DNA from: Malacoraja senta
Taxonomy: Eukaryota
Direction: 5' to 3'
DNA: 64,000 nt
Assembly: GCA_038087875.1 (NCBI GenBank)
Contig: CM075988.1
Location: 24,802,001-24,866,000 of the forward strand
Part shown: piece by piece, positions 49,256 through 59,780 of the stretch
How positions within the stretch are numbered: position 1 is the first letter of the stretch
Layout of the letters: each line of letters opens with the position of its first letter
Made by a program: the position numbers and the translations under genes
The notes under the pieces: generated by a model
What the model was told of the DNA's origin: nothing
The model's input: the letters and a program-made list of their open reading frames with translations, nothing else
Databases searched by the model: none

Positions 49256-49601
49256 GAGAGACCAGTGGAAGTCAGCGGAACCATCTAGGCTACACCAGTA
49301 CATCAATGACCCCATGGACGTCCCTGGCCAGGACCTGCCCCGAAAGCAGTGGACAACCTCAACCGCTTGAGGACAGGCATCGGACGCTATGGAGTAGCGA
49401 TGAAGAGGTGGGGCCTCGTGGACAGCGCCTCCTGCGAGTGTGGGGACCCAACACAGACAGTGGAACACAGAGTCACCAGTTGTCCCAAACACCGGCCACT
49501 GAATGGTGAACGAGGTCTGATTGACTTGGACGATGACACGTTGGCCTGGCTCGCCTCAACGGAGCTGCAGGTCTAAAAGACACACGACAGAAGAAGAAGA
49601 A
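49256..49601 (+). mobile_element. Vingi/Ingi-like LINE 3' fragment
   Basis: Continuous frame WTTLNRLRTGIGR...CECG..TQTVEH...C (zinc knuckle) to stop at 49576; very short 3' UTR plus (GAA)n; 13-bp TSD gatgtcactattg at 49243-49255 and 49602-49614. Confidence 0.85.
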
Positions 49602-49659
49602 GATGTCACTATTGTTTATAGTGGTGACCTGCATATCAACTCCTTATTTAACAAGGATC

Positions 49660-51476
49660 TGGACCCACTACAATCACTTACAGACAAAACAGATCAACAG
49701 AGGATGCGATCCCACTGGCTCTCCACTGGACCACGGACAATAAGAACATGTACATCAGCTATTCATCGACTACAATTCGATATTCAAACCATCATCCCTT
49801 CAAAACATATCATCGAATTCGGAGAACTGGGTCTCTGCTCGTCCCTATGCTATCCTCGACTTGTTCATCGGCAGACCACAATCAGTATAAATTGGCAACG
49901 CACTTCCTCCTTGATAGTCGTCGACACAGGAGCACCTCAAGGCTGTGTGCTCAGTCCCCTTCTCCACTCTCTCCGTACCCATGACGTTGTAAGTAGACAC
50001 ACCTCTAATGTCACCTTTAAATTCGGAAATGATATTACCATTGTTGGGTGAATAACGGGTAATGATGAGTTAGAGTGCAAGAGGAACATCGGTAATCTGA
50101 ATGGTGCAAGAACAACAACCTTGCTCTCAAAGGTACACAAAAATGCTGGAGAAACTCAGCGGGTGCAGCAGCATCTATGGAGCGAAGGAAATAGGCAACG
50201 TTCGGGCCGAAACCCTTCTTCAGACTGATAGGGGGTGGGGAGAAGAAAGGAAAAAAGGAAAAAAGGCGGAGGAGGAGCCCGAGGGCTGGGGGATGGGAGG
50301 AGACAACCAGAGGGCTGATGAAGGGGAGGGGACAACAAGGGCTAGCAGAGTTGGGAGAATTCAATGTTCATGCCCCCAGGATGTAGACTGCCCAAGCAGA
50401 ATATGAGGTGCATTTCCTCCCATTTCCGGTGTTGCTCGCTGTGGCCATGGAGGAGACCCAGGACAGAGAGGTCAGATATGGAATGGGAGGGGGAGTTGAA
50501 GTGCTGAGCCACCGGGAGGTCAGGTAGGTTATTGCGGACCGACCGGAGGTGTTCGGCGAAACGATCGCCAAGCCTCCGCTTGGTCTCACCGATTTAGATC
50601 AGCTGACATCTAGAGCAGCGGATGCAATAGATGAGGTTGGAGGAGATGCAGGTGAATCTCTGTCGCACCTGGAACGACTGCTTGGGTCCTTGAATGGAAT
50701 CGAGGGGGGAGGTGAAGGGACAAGTGTTGCATCTCTTGCGGTTGCAAGGGAAAGTGCTCGGGGAGGGGGTGGTACGGGAGAGAAGGGAAGAATTGACAAG
50801 GGAGTTACGGAGGGAGCGGTCTTTGCGGAAGGCAGACATGGGGGGAGATGGGAAGATGTGGCGAGTGGTGGGGTCACGTTGGAGGTGGCGAAACTGACGG
50901 AGGATCACTTGTTGTATGTGACGGCTGGTCGGGTGAAAGGTGAGGACTAGGGGGACTCTGCCCTTGTTGTGAGTGGGGGGATGGGGAGAGAGAGCAGTGT
51001 TGCGGGGTATGGCAGAGACCCTGGTGCGAGCCTCATCTATGGTGGAGGAGGGGAACCCCCGTTCCCTGAAGAATGAAACCTTGCTCTCAATGTTCGCAAG
51101 GCTAAGAAGCTGACTGTTGACTTCAGGAGGGGAACGCCAGGGATCCACTAACCTGTATTCATTGACGGAACAGAGATGGAGGGAGTGAACAGCTTCAAGT
51201 TCCTAGGCATACATATATCCCTGAAGATCTGTCCTGCACATTGATGCAATCATAAAGAAAGCCGTCAATGCCTCTATTCCCTAAGAAAATTGCGGAGATT
51301 TGGTATGTTGCTGAATCCTTTACCAAATATGTGCAAATGAGAGCATACAGACCGGTTCAATAACTCAAATACCCAGGAATGAATGAGGCCGCAGAAAGTG
51401 GTAGACATTGCCCAGTCCGTCATGGATAGTCACCTCCCTACTATCAAGGGGATCTAATTGGAGGTGCTGCCTCAAA
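49660..51476 (+). mobile_element. Decayed Rex1-type RT fragment split by the PLE insertion
   Basis: [13 protein letters not shown] before the insertion; VDFRRG and NSFKFLG after it. Confidence 0.8.
50131..51076 (-). mobile_element. 5'-truncated Penelope-like retroelement (Cys-rich linker plus GIY-YIG endonuclease, one in-frame stop)
   Basis: PLVLTFHP, CNRKRCNTC, NLIYCIRCSRCQLI*IGETKR...RFAEH...VAQHFN; 14-bp TSD aaccttgctctcaa at 50117-50130 and 51077-51090. Confidence 0.92.
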
Positions 51477-51762
51477 AGTAAGTAAGTAAGTTTATTGGCC
51501 AAGTATTCACATACAAGGAATTTGCCTTGGTGCTCCGCCCACAAGTAGCAACATGACATACAGTGACAGTTACGAATGACTCAGAAAACACTAAACATTA
51601 ATAATAATAAAACATTAATGATAAAACGCCATTGATCAAGCATGTGAACCAACAAAATACCAGATCAAAGGGAGGCTACAGATTTTTGGCTGTTGAGTAG
51701 AGCAACTACTCGTGGATAAAAACTGTTTTTATGTCTGGCTGTGGCAGCTTTGACAATCCGGA
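51477..51762 (-). mobile_element. Rex1-type 3' fragment, nearly identical to 26903-27190
   Basis: (gtaa)n tail on +; KAATARHKNSFYPRVVALLN on the minus strand. Confidence 0.85.
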
Positions 51763-53099
51763 GGAAGTTAATATCATTATAGGCTCGCACCACCCCAGGC
51801 TAAGCATCGGAAAGAAGCAGGTTGAATCCCTCAGGCATCGAGAGGAATCCACCAAGAGTTGGGATTAATACGGAAGGGTGCCCACTGGTCACCGTAGACA
51901 AATTGGGCAAAATAGTCTCTGTCCAGTTTGTAAAAGTCTATGATACAATTAGTATAAGGTGAACAACCCATCATTTAATGCACAAGAATTACAATTGAAA
52001 CACTGTGACTGAATTATACCACATCCTGGATTTCAGTACTCTTGTCTGAATGTAAGATTAACCATACTTGCATGTTTTTCCAAGCCTCGATGGTGCAGAT
52101 TACTTATGAGATTGAACTACATCAGTACGATTTGTAATGTCGTGTATTTATAATTTTGCCAGAACTAGTAGTCGGGGGGGGGGGGAGCTACCCATAATGT
52201 CATTAACACATGTAAGAAGCAACACCTCTGCCTATACAAGAATCTAGAGGAGTGATTTTGACTGGCAAGAAATAACGTTTTAGCACAGTATAATAATCAT
52301 GAAAATTCTGGGGATTTTCATTTTATTCACCAGATATTTTCTATAAGTATAATTTAGGATTTCATGTAATGAAGCATGAATTCCATGTTTTAATCGCTTA
52401 GTTGGTGCCCTTTACATTGACATCTGGTATGTTTTATAACAATGCTGTTCGTGGGCAGAGGGATTATGTAATGGTTTGTGTTGAAATAAATTGCAGCCGC
52501 TCTCTTGTTTGGTCCTTTACGTAAGCATCAATTCAGCACAAGGTACTGAAGGAGACTGTCACTGGCATGCTAGGTCGACTGCTCTAATCTTCCCGCACAG
52601 AGATGAATCTGCACATAAAATGGTGTTTGCATCCAGGGCTGCAATTTACCATCTCCATTCCCAAACAGGCAGGTAAATCAATATTGACTATGTACGTGAA
52701 AAGAAATCAGAAACATCCAATGTCAAAAGAGAAACAGGACTGAAATATCATTTGAAATGCTTGAAATATATGTTAGTGCATGCAGTCTACAGAATATATA
52801 ATTCAGTGGTTGTAATGTACATCATGCTCATTATGTAATCCTGAGTAAATTTGATAATTTATGATTATATTACATTTAATATAGCATAGTGCATTGTATG
52901 ATACAATAATATAAATATGACAAAGGCATTGTATGTATGGTACACAATATAATGTACTAAATGTGCATTATACGCCCAATCTTGTTTCTGTGATTATATG
53001 TTATGTGATACTTTCTAAATAGTGCAGATTGTATTATATACTGCATAGCTTGTATGTATGATGCATTCTATGTGGTGTCCAGTGCATTATACAATGTGA

Positions 53100-53475
53100 T
53101 GCTTCTGGTATTCATACTGCTGCTGCTATGTGCTGCCAGCATATATGAGGAGTTCTGGCAGTATTTAGGAAATGCTGCACTGTTCAAGTTGCGATTTTTG
53201 GATAAGAAAGGACTTCTCCAAAACCTCTTTGGCTCTATTGAAAGAGCAGGAATATTTTAAACAGTACCCTGGTGAGTATCTAGTCTTTGGGTGACAATAC
53301 AAAAAACAAATAATCTGGTCTTGTTATCTAATTGTGGGGCTATATTGTTTCTGTAGAAATTGGCTGGATGTTTTCTTACATCGAATCATTGAACCCCCCC
53401 CCCCCCCTATCTGATATTTCATAGGCTGTGAGAGCTTTGGATGTCCTGAGGATGTGAAGACTTTGTACAGAATGA
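53100..53475 (+). mobile_element. SacSINE1/Deu-SINE-like relic
   Basis: aagagcagg..., aattggctg..tgtttt.ttaca, ttcataggctgtgagagctttggatgtcctgagg. Confidence 0.6.
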
Positions 53476-54164
53476 TCTAGATGGCTATGGTGCTTTGCTT
53501 TCAGATATAAACTGGAATTGGGAAGAACACCACATGGAAAGGCAAACTCTGCCTTTCTCTATTGTGGAACCACACCTCCCACTCCTTGTTACCTTCGCTA
53601 ACCGGACAACTCTCAACGTTTCTGTCATACTCCATTTTGTGATGATTTTAAACTCCTGAATTTCCTTACATAAGCATCATTGCCTGTCTGCCTCTCGGTA
53701 AATGCTTCTTAAAGTCACCTCTATGACCAAGTTGTCCTACTACCACTTTATTTACGGTCGAATTTATTTGATAACAGCTTCTGTAAGTTGTCATGAGTCA
53801 CTATATTACTTTAAAGATGCCATATAAAAATATTCCATAAATGTGATTGTCATGAGGATATGATAGCACTTGCTCAAATTGTCCCACAATAGTATTGAAC
53901 AAAGAACCTTCAGAAATGGGTGAACATCAATGAATCTCGGTAAACAATGGGTAATTGAAAGAGACAACTTCCTAATGGCCCAAACACTTGCTCTCTCTTT
54001 TGTGAAGTTGTGTATTCTCTGATCATTGTGATGTTAACTACCAGTTGATATGATGCGAAACTAAGAACAAAAAGAACAAAAAGGCTTCATTTAAAGAAGA
54101 GCCTCTGCTGCACTCCCAGTCAATTAAACCCCAAGGTTGCTTTCCACAGTCCCAGTCTAGTCTG

Positions 54165-54830
54165 GTCGAGCTTATTGTCACATGCACAAGAACCATAAGG
54201 TACAGTTACAATGAAGAGTTTGCTTGCAGCAGCATCACGCGTACAATGACCCAGACAACACGCAAAAGCATGAATTATACATAAATTACACATAAATTCT
54301 ACATGATAGTGAAATGAAAATAACTGTGCAAAAAAAAAATTTTTATTGCAGAATACAATTCAAAATATAAGTCCAAGGTTATGCAAGAGGTGGTCTGAGG
54401 TGCTACTTTGCTGAGGTAGGATTAGGGTTGTGCGGGTTAGTTCAAGAAAGTCAAAGTCAAATCTAAAGGTTGTAGGAAAGTAGCTGTTCCTGAACCAGGT
54501 GGTGTGGGACTTCAGGCTTTTCTACCTACTGTCTGACAGTAGCAGCAAGAAGAGGGCATGGCCCAGATGTTGAGGAGTCTTGATCCCACCTTCCATGAGG
54601 CTTTGTTAAATGTTAATACTTTTGATGGTGGGGAGGACTGGGCTGAGTCCAACATTCTCTGCAACTTCTTGCACTCCTGGGTGTGAAAATTGCCACACCC
54701 CCTCCCATGATGCAACCACTCAGGATACTTTTTACGGTGCATCTGTGGAAGATCGTTCTTAGAGTAATTAGTACACTTGGACTATCTTTAAACCTCTGTG
54801 AAATTAGAGGCGCCAACCACCAACCCATCA
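54165..54830 (-). mobile_element. Decayed Rex1-type 3' fragment
   Basis: TIFHRCTVKSILSGCI and QECKKLQR remnants; ttattgtca tail. Confidence 0.7.
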
Positions 54831-54837
54831 ATGGAAA

Positions 54838-55058
54838 AAAAGACACAGAATGTTGGGGGTACTCAGCTGGTCAGGCAGGATCTCTAGAGAACATAGATAG
54901 GTAACGTTTCGATAGTTTGACGTTCATACTAAAGACGAGTCCCAACCCAAAAGGTCATCTATCTATGTTCTCCAGAGCACTGCCTGATCCGCCGAGTTAC
55001 TCCTGCACTTTGTGTCCTTTTTTTGTATTTTAACCAGAATCTGCAGTTCCCTGTTTTT
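54838..55058. mobile_element. Palindromic PLE-derived fold-back element
   Basis: Inverted arms tcaggcag...ctagagaacatagat / atctatgttctccagag...ctgcctga. Confidence 0.8.
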
Positions 55059-55642
55059 ACAATGAAAATTGGAACTTGATTTCCCAACTTCACTTTTCTG
55101 AAGTCACCAATTAGTTCCAAGGTACGTCTACAAAGGATTTGTATCGTTCTGTTGCTATTCATTCTTCTGGTGATGATTGCCTTTTCAAGTGGCCATCAGA
55201 GAGCCTGACTAGTCTACCTAGTCTGGGGGATTATACAGCATGAAATTACAGGTTATCAATTGAGCCCTGTCATTTTCGAGACCATATCTATCTCTACTAT
55301 CCATTCAGAAAGGTTTGGTATCCCAGTACTTTGGTGAGATCAACCACTCTGTTGCTGCGGTGAGAGAAACCGATGTGATTCAAGGTCAAATAAGTGTATG
55401 TGTGCTTTTGTGATGACATTTCCAGATTTGACATACAATGTCCTAAGAAGGGCAGGAATCAAGAATCCTAGCCTGTAATCATCACGAAGGAGACTTACAG
55501 TGCCCTCTATAATGTTTGGGACAAAGACCCATAATTTATTTATTTGCCTCTATACTCCACAATTTGAGATTTGTAATAGAAAAAAAATCACGTGGTTAAA
55601 GTGCACATTGTCAGATTTTAATAAAGGCCATTTCTATACATT

Positions 55643-55762
55643 GCCTATACATTGCCAAACGTTGCCTATCTCCTTCGCTCCATAGATGCTGCTGCACCCG
55701 CTGAGTTTCTCCAGCTTTTTTGTGTACCTTCGATTTTCCAGCATCTGCAGTTCCTTCTTTAA
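55643..55762 (+). mobile_element. Short PLE insertion in the left Tc1 inverted repeat
   Basis: 14-bp TSD catttctatacatt at 55629-55642 and 55763-55776; absent from the right inverted repeat. Confidence 0.88.
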
Positions 55763-55990
55763 CATTTCTATACATTTTGGTTTCACCATGTAGAAATTAC
55801 AGCAGTGTTTATACACAGTTCCCCCATTTCAGGGCACCATAATGTTTGGGACACATGGCTTCACAGGTTTTTGTAATTGCTCAGGTGTGTTTAAATGCCG
55901 CCTTAGTGCAGATATAAGATAGCTCCCAGCACCTAGTCTTTCCTCCAGTCTTTCCATCACCTTTGGAAACTTTTATTGCTGTTTATCAAC

Positions 55991-57003
55991 ATGAGGACCA
56001 AAGTTGTGCCAAAGAAAATCAAAGAAGCCATTATGAGACTGAGAAACAAGAATAAAACTGTTAGAGACATCAGCCAAACCTTCAGCTTACCAAAATCAAC
56101 TGTTTGGAACATCATTAAGAAGAACGAGAGCACTGGTGAACTTACAAATCGCAAAGGGACTGGCAGGCCAAGGAAGACATCCACAGCTGACAACAGAAGA
56201 ATTATTTTTATAATAAAGAAAAATCCGCAAAAACCTGTCCGACAGATCAGAAACACTCTTCAGGAGTCAGGTGTGGATTTGTCAATGAACACTGTCCGCA
56301 GAAGACTTCATGAACAGAAATACAGAGGCTACACTGCAAGATTCAAACCACTGGTTAGCCACAAAAATATTTGGCCAGGCTACAGTTTGCCAAGAAGTAT
56401 TTAAAATAGCAACCACAGTTCTGGAAAAAAAGTATTGTGGACAGATGAGACGAAGATTAACTTGTATCAGAGTGATGGCAAGAGCAAAGTATGGAGAAGA
56501 GAAGAAACTGCCCAAGATCCAAAGCATACCACCTCATCTGTGAAACACGGTGGTGGGGGTGTTATGGCCTGGGCATGTATGGCTGCTGAAGGTACTGGCT
56601 CACTTATCTTCATTGATGATACAACTGCTGATGGTAGTAGCATAATGAATTCTAAAGTGTACAAACACCTTATCTGCTCAAGTTCAAACAAATGCCTCAA
56701 AACTCATTGGCCGGCGGTTCCTTCTACAGCAAGACAATGATCCCAAACACACAAAGGAGTTTTACAAAGCTAAAAAATGGTCAATTCATGAGTGGCCAAG
56801 TCAATCACCTGATCTGAAACCAATTTATATGCTGAAGAGAAAACTGATGGGGACTAGCCCCCATAACAAGCATAAGCTAAAGATGGCTACAATACAGGCC
56901 TGGCAGAGCATCACCAGAGAAGACACCCAGCAACTGGTGATGTCCATGGAATCACAGACTTCAAGCAGTCATTGCATGAAAAGGATATGCAACAAAATAC
57001 TAA
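55991..57003 (+). pseudogene. Tc1 transposase pseudogene
   Basis: HTH region, GRPRK, LWTDETK, VKHGGGGVMAW, QQDNDPKH, SPDL; several frameshifts; catalytic Glu after SPDL.PI appears deleted. Confidence 0.93.
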
Positions 57004-57807
57004 ACATGACTACTTTCATTTACATGACATTGCTGTGTCCCAAACATTATGGTGCCCTGAAATGGGGGAACTATGTATAAACACTGCTGTAATTTCTACA
57101 CTGTGAAACCAAAATGTATAAAAATGGCCTTTATTAAAATCTGACAATGTGCACCTTAACCACGTGTGATTTTTTTTCTATTACAAATCTCAGATTGTGG
57201 AGTACAGAGGCAAATAACTAAATGATGGGTCTTTGTCCCAAACATTATGGAGGGCACTGTAACTGCTCCATTTACTGCTGCTTGGTGGACGGTATTTGCA
57301 CGCTGTGTTTGCCCGCAAAATATCAGTGACTGCAATTAAAAACTCATTACTTGTAAAGCTAATTGAGACATCAAGAATGTGAAAAGTTTAATATAAATCA
57401 AATAATTCTGCACTTTTCATCAATATTTTAGATTAAAGTTCACATAAACCCTAATTATGTATGTGATAAATAATCTAACCGACGTTCTGTCCTCCTAATG
57501 TCCTAAAGTACTTTGCAAATATTTAACATTTATTATTTTGTGTGTGATCACTGTTGTACTCAACAAAATTGTGTCAATTTACACACAGCGGGGTTCCACA
57601 AACAGCCACAAGAGCAGTTGACATTAAAGAGACACAAGTGCTGGAGCAACTCAGCGGGTCAGGCAGGATCTCTGGAGAAAAGGAACAGGTGATGTTTTGG
57701 GTTGGAACCCTTCTTCACACTGAAAGTAGAGGGGGGCGGAACTGGAGGTAGGAAAAGGGCAGAACTAATCAGGGCTGACAACAGATGACCAAGGACATCA
57801 AACTGGA

Positions 57808-58030
57808 TTGTGGAATTCTCTGCCTCGGAGGACGGTGGCGGCCAGTTCTCTGGATGCTTTCAAGAGAGAACTAGATAGGCCTCTTAAAAATAGCGGAGTC
57901 AGGGGATATGGGAAGAAGGCAGGAATGGGGTACTGATTGGGGATGGTCAGCCATGATCACATTGAATGGCGGTGCTGGCTCGAAGGGCCAAATGGCCTAC
58001 TCCTGCACCTATTGTCTATTGTCTATTGTC
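57808..58030 (+). mobile_element. CR1 LINE 3' end
   Basis: Same family as 2727-2966; (ctattgt)n tail. Confidence 0.9.
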
Positions 58031-58396
58031 AATGGTCAATCTGTTTCACCAATGTGAAGGGGGAGGAGTTGTGCCCCATGACAGAAGGGGGAGGAGTTGT
58101 ACAGTTTGATAGTCACAGGGAAGAAGGATCTTGTTCTGTGCTGCACCTTGATGGGACCAGTCTGTTGCTGAAGGTGTTCCTCAGGCTGACCATTCCACAA
58201 ATTCCACAAATATTAGTTAATGAGTACGATCTACTTGCCATTATGGAAATATGGTTCCTGGGTGACCGAAGCTGGCAACTGCATGTTCAACAATGGTAAT
58301 TTGAAGCTTCTAACTCACCCCACCACCGATAGGAAGGATGAGTATAAAGAGAAGAGATCAGTGCCTTGCTTAGGATGATCTTGTTTTGGCAGATCA

Positions 58397-58538
58397 TCTT
58401 CTTCTTCTTGCGTATGGCGTGCACAGCCTAAAGTTGTAGGACAACTTGTTCGAATTGATCTTATTTGATTGTGCACGCCAGGTTGATTGCATTCGTCGAA
58501 ACAGGGCGGACCACGTGAAGGTTGCAATCTCCCACCCC
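58397..58538 (-). mobile_element. HDV-ribozyme-headed short retroposon, family A copy 2 (142 bp)
   Basis: TSD tggcagatc at 58387-58395 and 58539-58547; tail catacgcaagaagaagaaga. Confidence 0.92.
58485..58538 (-). ncRNA. Minimal HDV-like ribozyme (54 nt)
   Basis: P1 GGGGUGG/CCGCCCU, P2 GAUUGCA/UGCAAUC, P3 ACC/GGU, L3 UUCACGU, GU, 5-nt UUCGA in place of P4, J4/2 CGAA. Confidence 0.9.
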
Positions 58539-58911
58539 TGGCAGATCGTGATTGAATCAGAATCAATCTTGGTTGAGTTAACATATAGGAAAAGGAAGAA
58601 AGCATTGGTAAAAAAAATATTAATGGGCCACCAAAGAGAAGTTGTAATATTGGACATGGCATAAATCAAGGCCGTAACAAGGTTAAAACAATAAACATGG
58701 AGGCGTTAATCTACATGTAGACTGGATAAAACAAATTAGCACAATAAGGTGTAGGACAAAATAACAGAATATATACAAGATCAGAATGCCAAGAGGGCTA
58801 TTTCCTATCTCATTTTGTCAATGAGAAAGGGTTAATTGATAATCTTGTGGTAAAGGGGCCTTTCGGGTAGAGTAACCGAATATAATCAAATTTTATATTG
58901 AGATTGAAAGT

Positions 58912-59072
58912 CTTCTTCTTATCGAGACCACATCACAAGATTAGAAATTGTTCAGCCAGAGCTGAACACACTTCTCAGCATCTGCATACAATGCGTCTTG
59001 TGCTTCTTGTGCGTGGTGGTGGAAAGATTTGTGGAAACAGGGCCGCGACGTGAACGCTCTTTCCTTGACCCC
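58912..59072 (-). mobile_element. HDV-ribozyme-headed short retroposon, family B (161 bp)
   Basis: 11-bp TSD agattgaaagt at 58901-58911 and 59073-59083; tail cgataagaagaag. Confidence 0.9.
59021..59072 (-). ncRNA. Minimal HDV-like ribozyme (52 nt) with CPEB3-like core
   Basis: P1 GGGGUC/GGCCCU (6 bp), P2 GGAAAGA/UCUUUCC, P3 GCG/CGC, L3 UUCACGU, GU, UUCCA, J4/2 CAAA. Confidence 0.85.
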
Positions 59073-59424
59073 AGATTGAAAGTGATGCAATTAAATCCAA
59101 AAGTTGGGTATTTGATCTAAACAAAGGAAAGTATGAGGGTATAAGGGAACGCTTTGCTGGTATTTAAATAAAATAATGTGAGAATTGCAACAAAAAAATC
59201 CTTTTGAGGCATTTGAACCCAAAGGGAAAGGATTAATCTTTGGCTGCCAAGAGAAATTAAAGATAACATTAAATCAAGGAAAGAGTCTGATAAATTTGTC
59301 AGAATGAACTGTAGGCACAAGTATTGTGAGCATTTTAGAATTCAATAAAGAATGACCAAGAAATTGATTTTTTGTTTAAAAAGTTAGAAAAACTGTAATG
59401 GCAAGAAACAAAGGAACTTAAATG

Positions 59425-59780
59425 TTTAAGAAGGAACTGCAGATGCTGGAAAATCGAAGGTAGACAATAATGCTGGAGAAACCCAGCGGGTGAGACAGCA
59501 TCTATGGAGCGAAGGAAATAGGTGACGTTTCTGGGTCGAGACCCTTCTTCAGACTGACAAATAGTGTGTAAACAGGAAAATGGGGACACAAGGAACTGCA
59601 GATGCTGGAATCTTCAGCAAAACACGAAGTGCAGGAGGGCCTCTCTGGCTCAGGCAACATTTGTGGATGGAATGGGCGGACAACATTTCAGATTGGGACT
59701 GAAGAAAGTTCTGATCTGAAACATTGCCTGTTTGACCTCCACAGGTCGTGCTTGACCCACTGAATTCTTCTAGCACTTGG
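59425..59780. mobile_element. Two adjacent PLE derivatives; hammerhead-like core at 59524-59552 (minus strand)
   Basis: gaaggaactgcagatgctgg...gacgtttctgggtcgagacccttcttcag; the second, older copy is palindromic. Confidence 0.78.

Larger units (their letters stand above)
55498..57259 (+). mobile_element. Tc1-family IR/DR DNA transposon, full length but inactive
   Basis: TA duplication at 55496-55497 and 57260-57261; CAGTG termini; long inverted repeats with outer and inner direct repeats (ataatgtttgggaca). Confidence 0.95.
58200..59410 (+). mobile_element. Decayed CR1 endonuclease-region relic hosting two ribozyme retroposons
   Basis: YDLLAIMEIW remnant and later atctaaacaaaggaaagtatgagggtat segment typical of CR1 ORF2. 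Confidence 0.55.

Noticed and set aside
54411..54432. let-7-like TGAGGTAG
   Set aside because: Only the seed matches; lies in a Rex1 3' fragment with no hairpin
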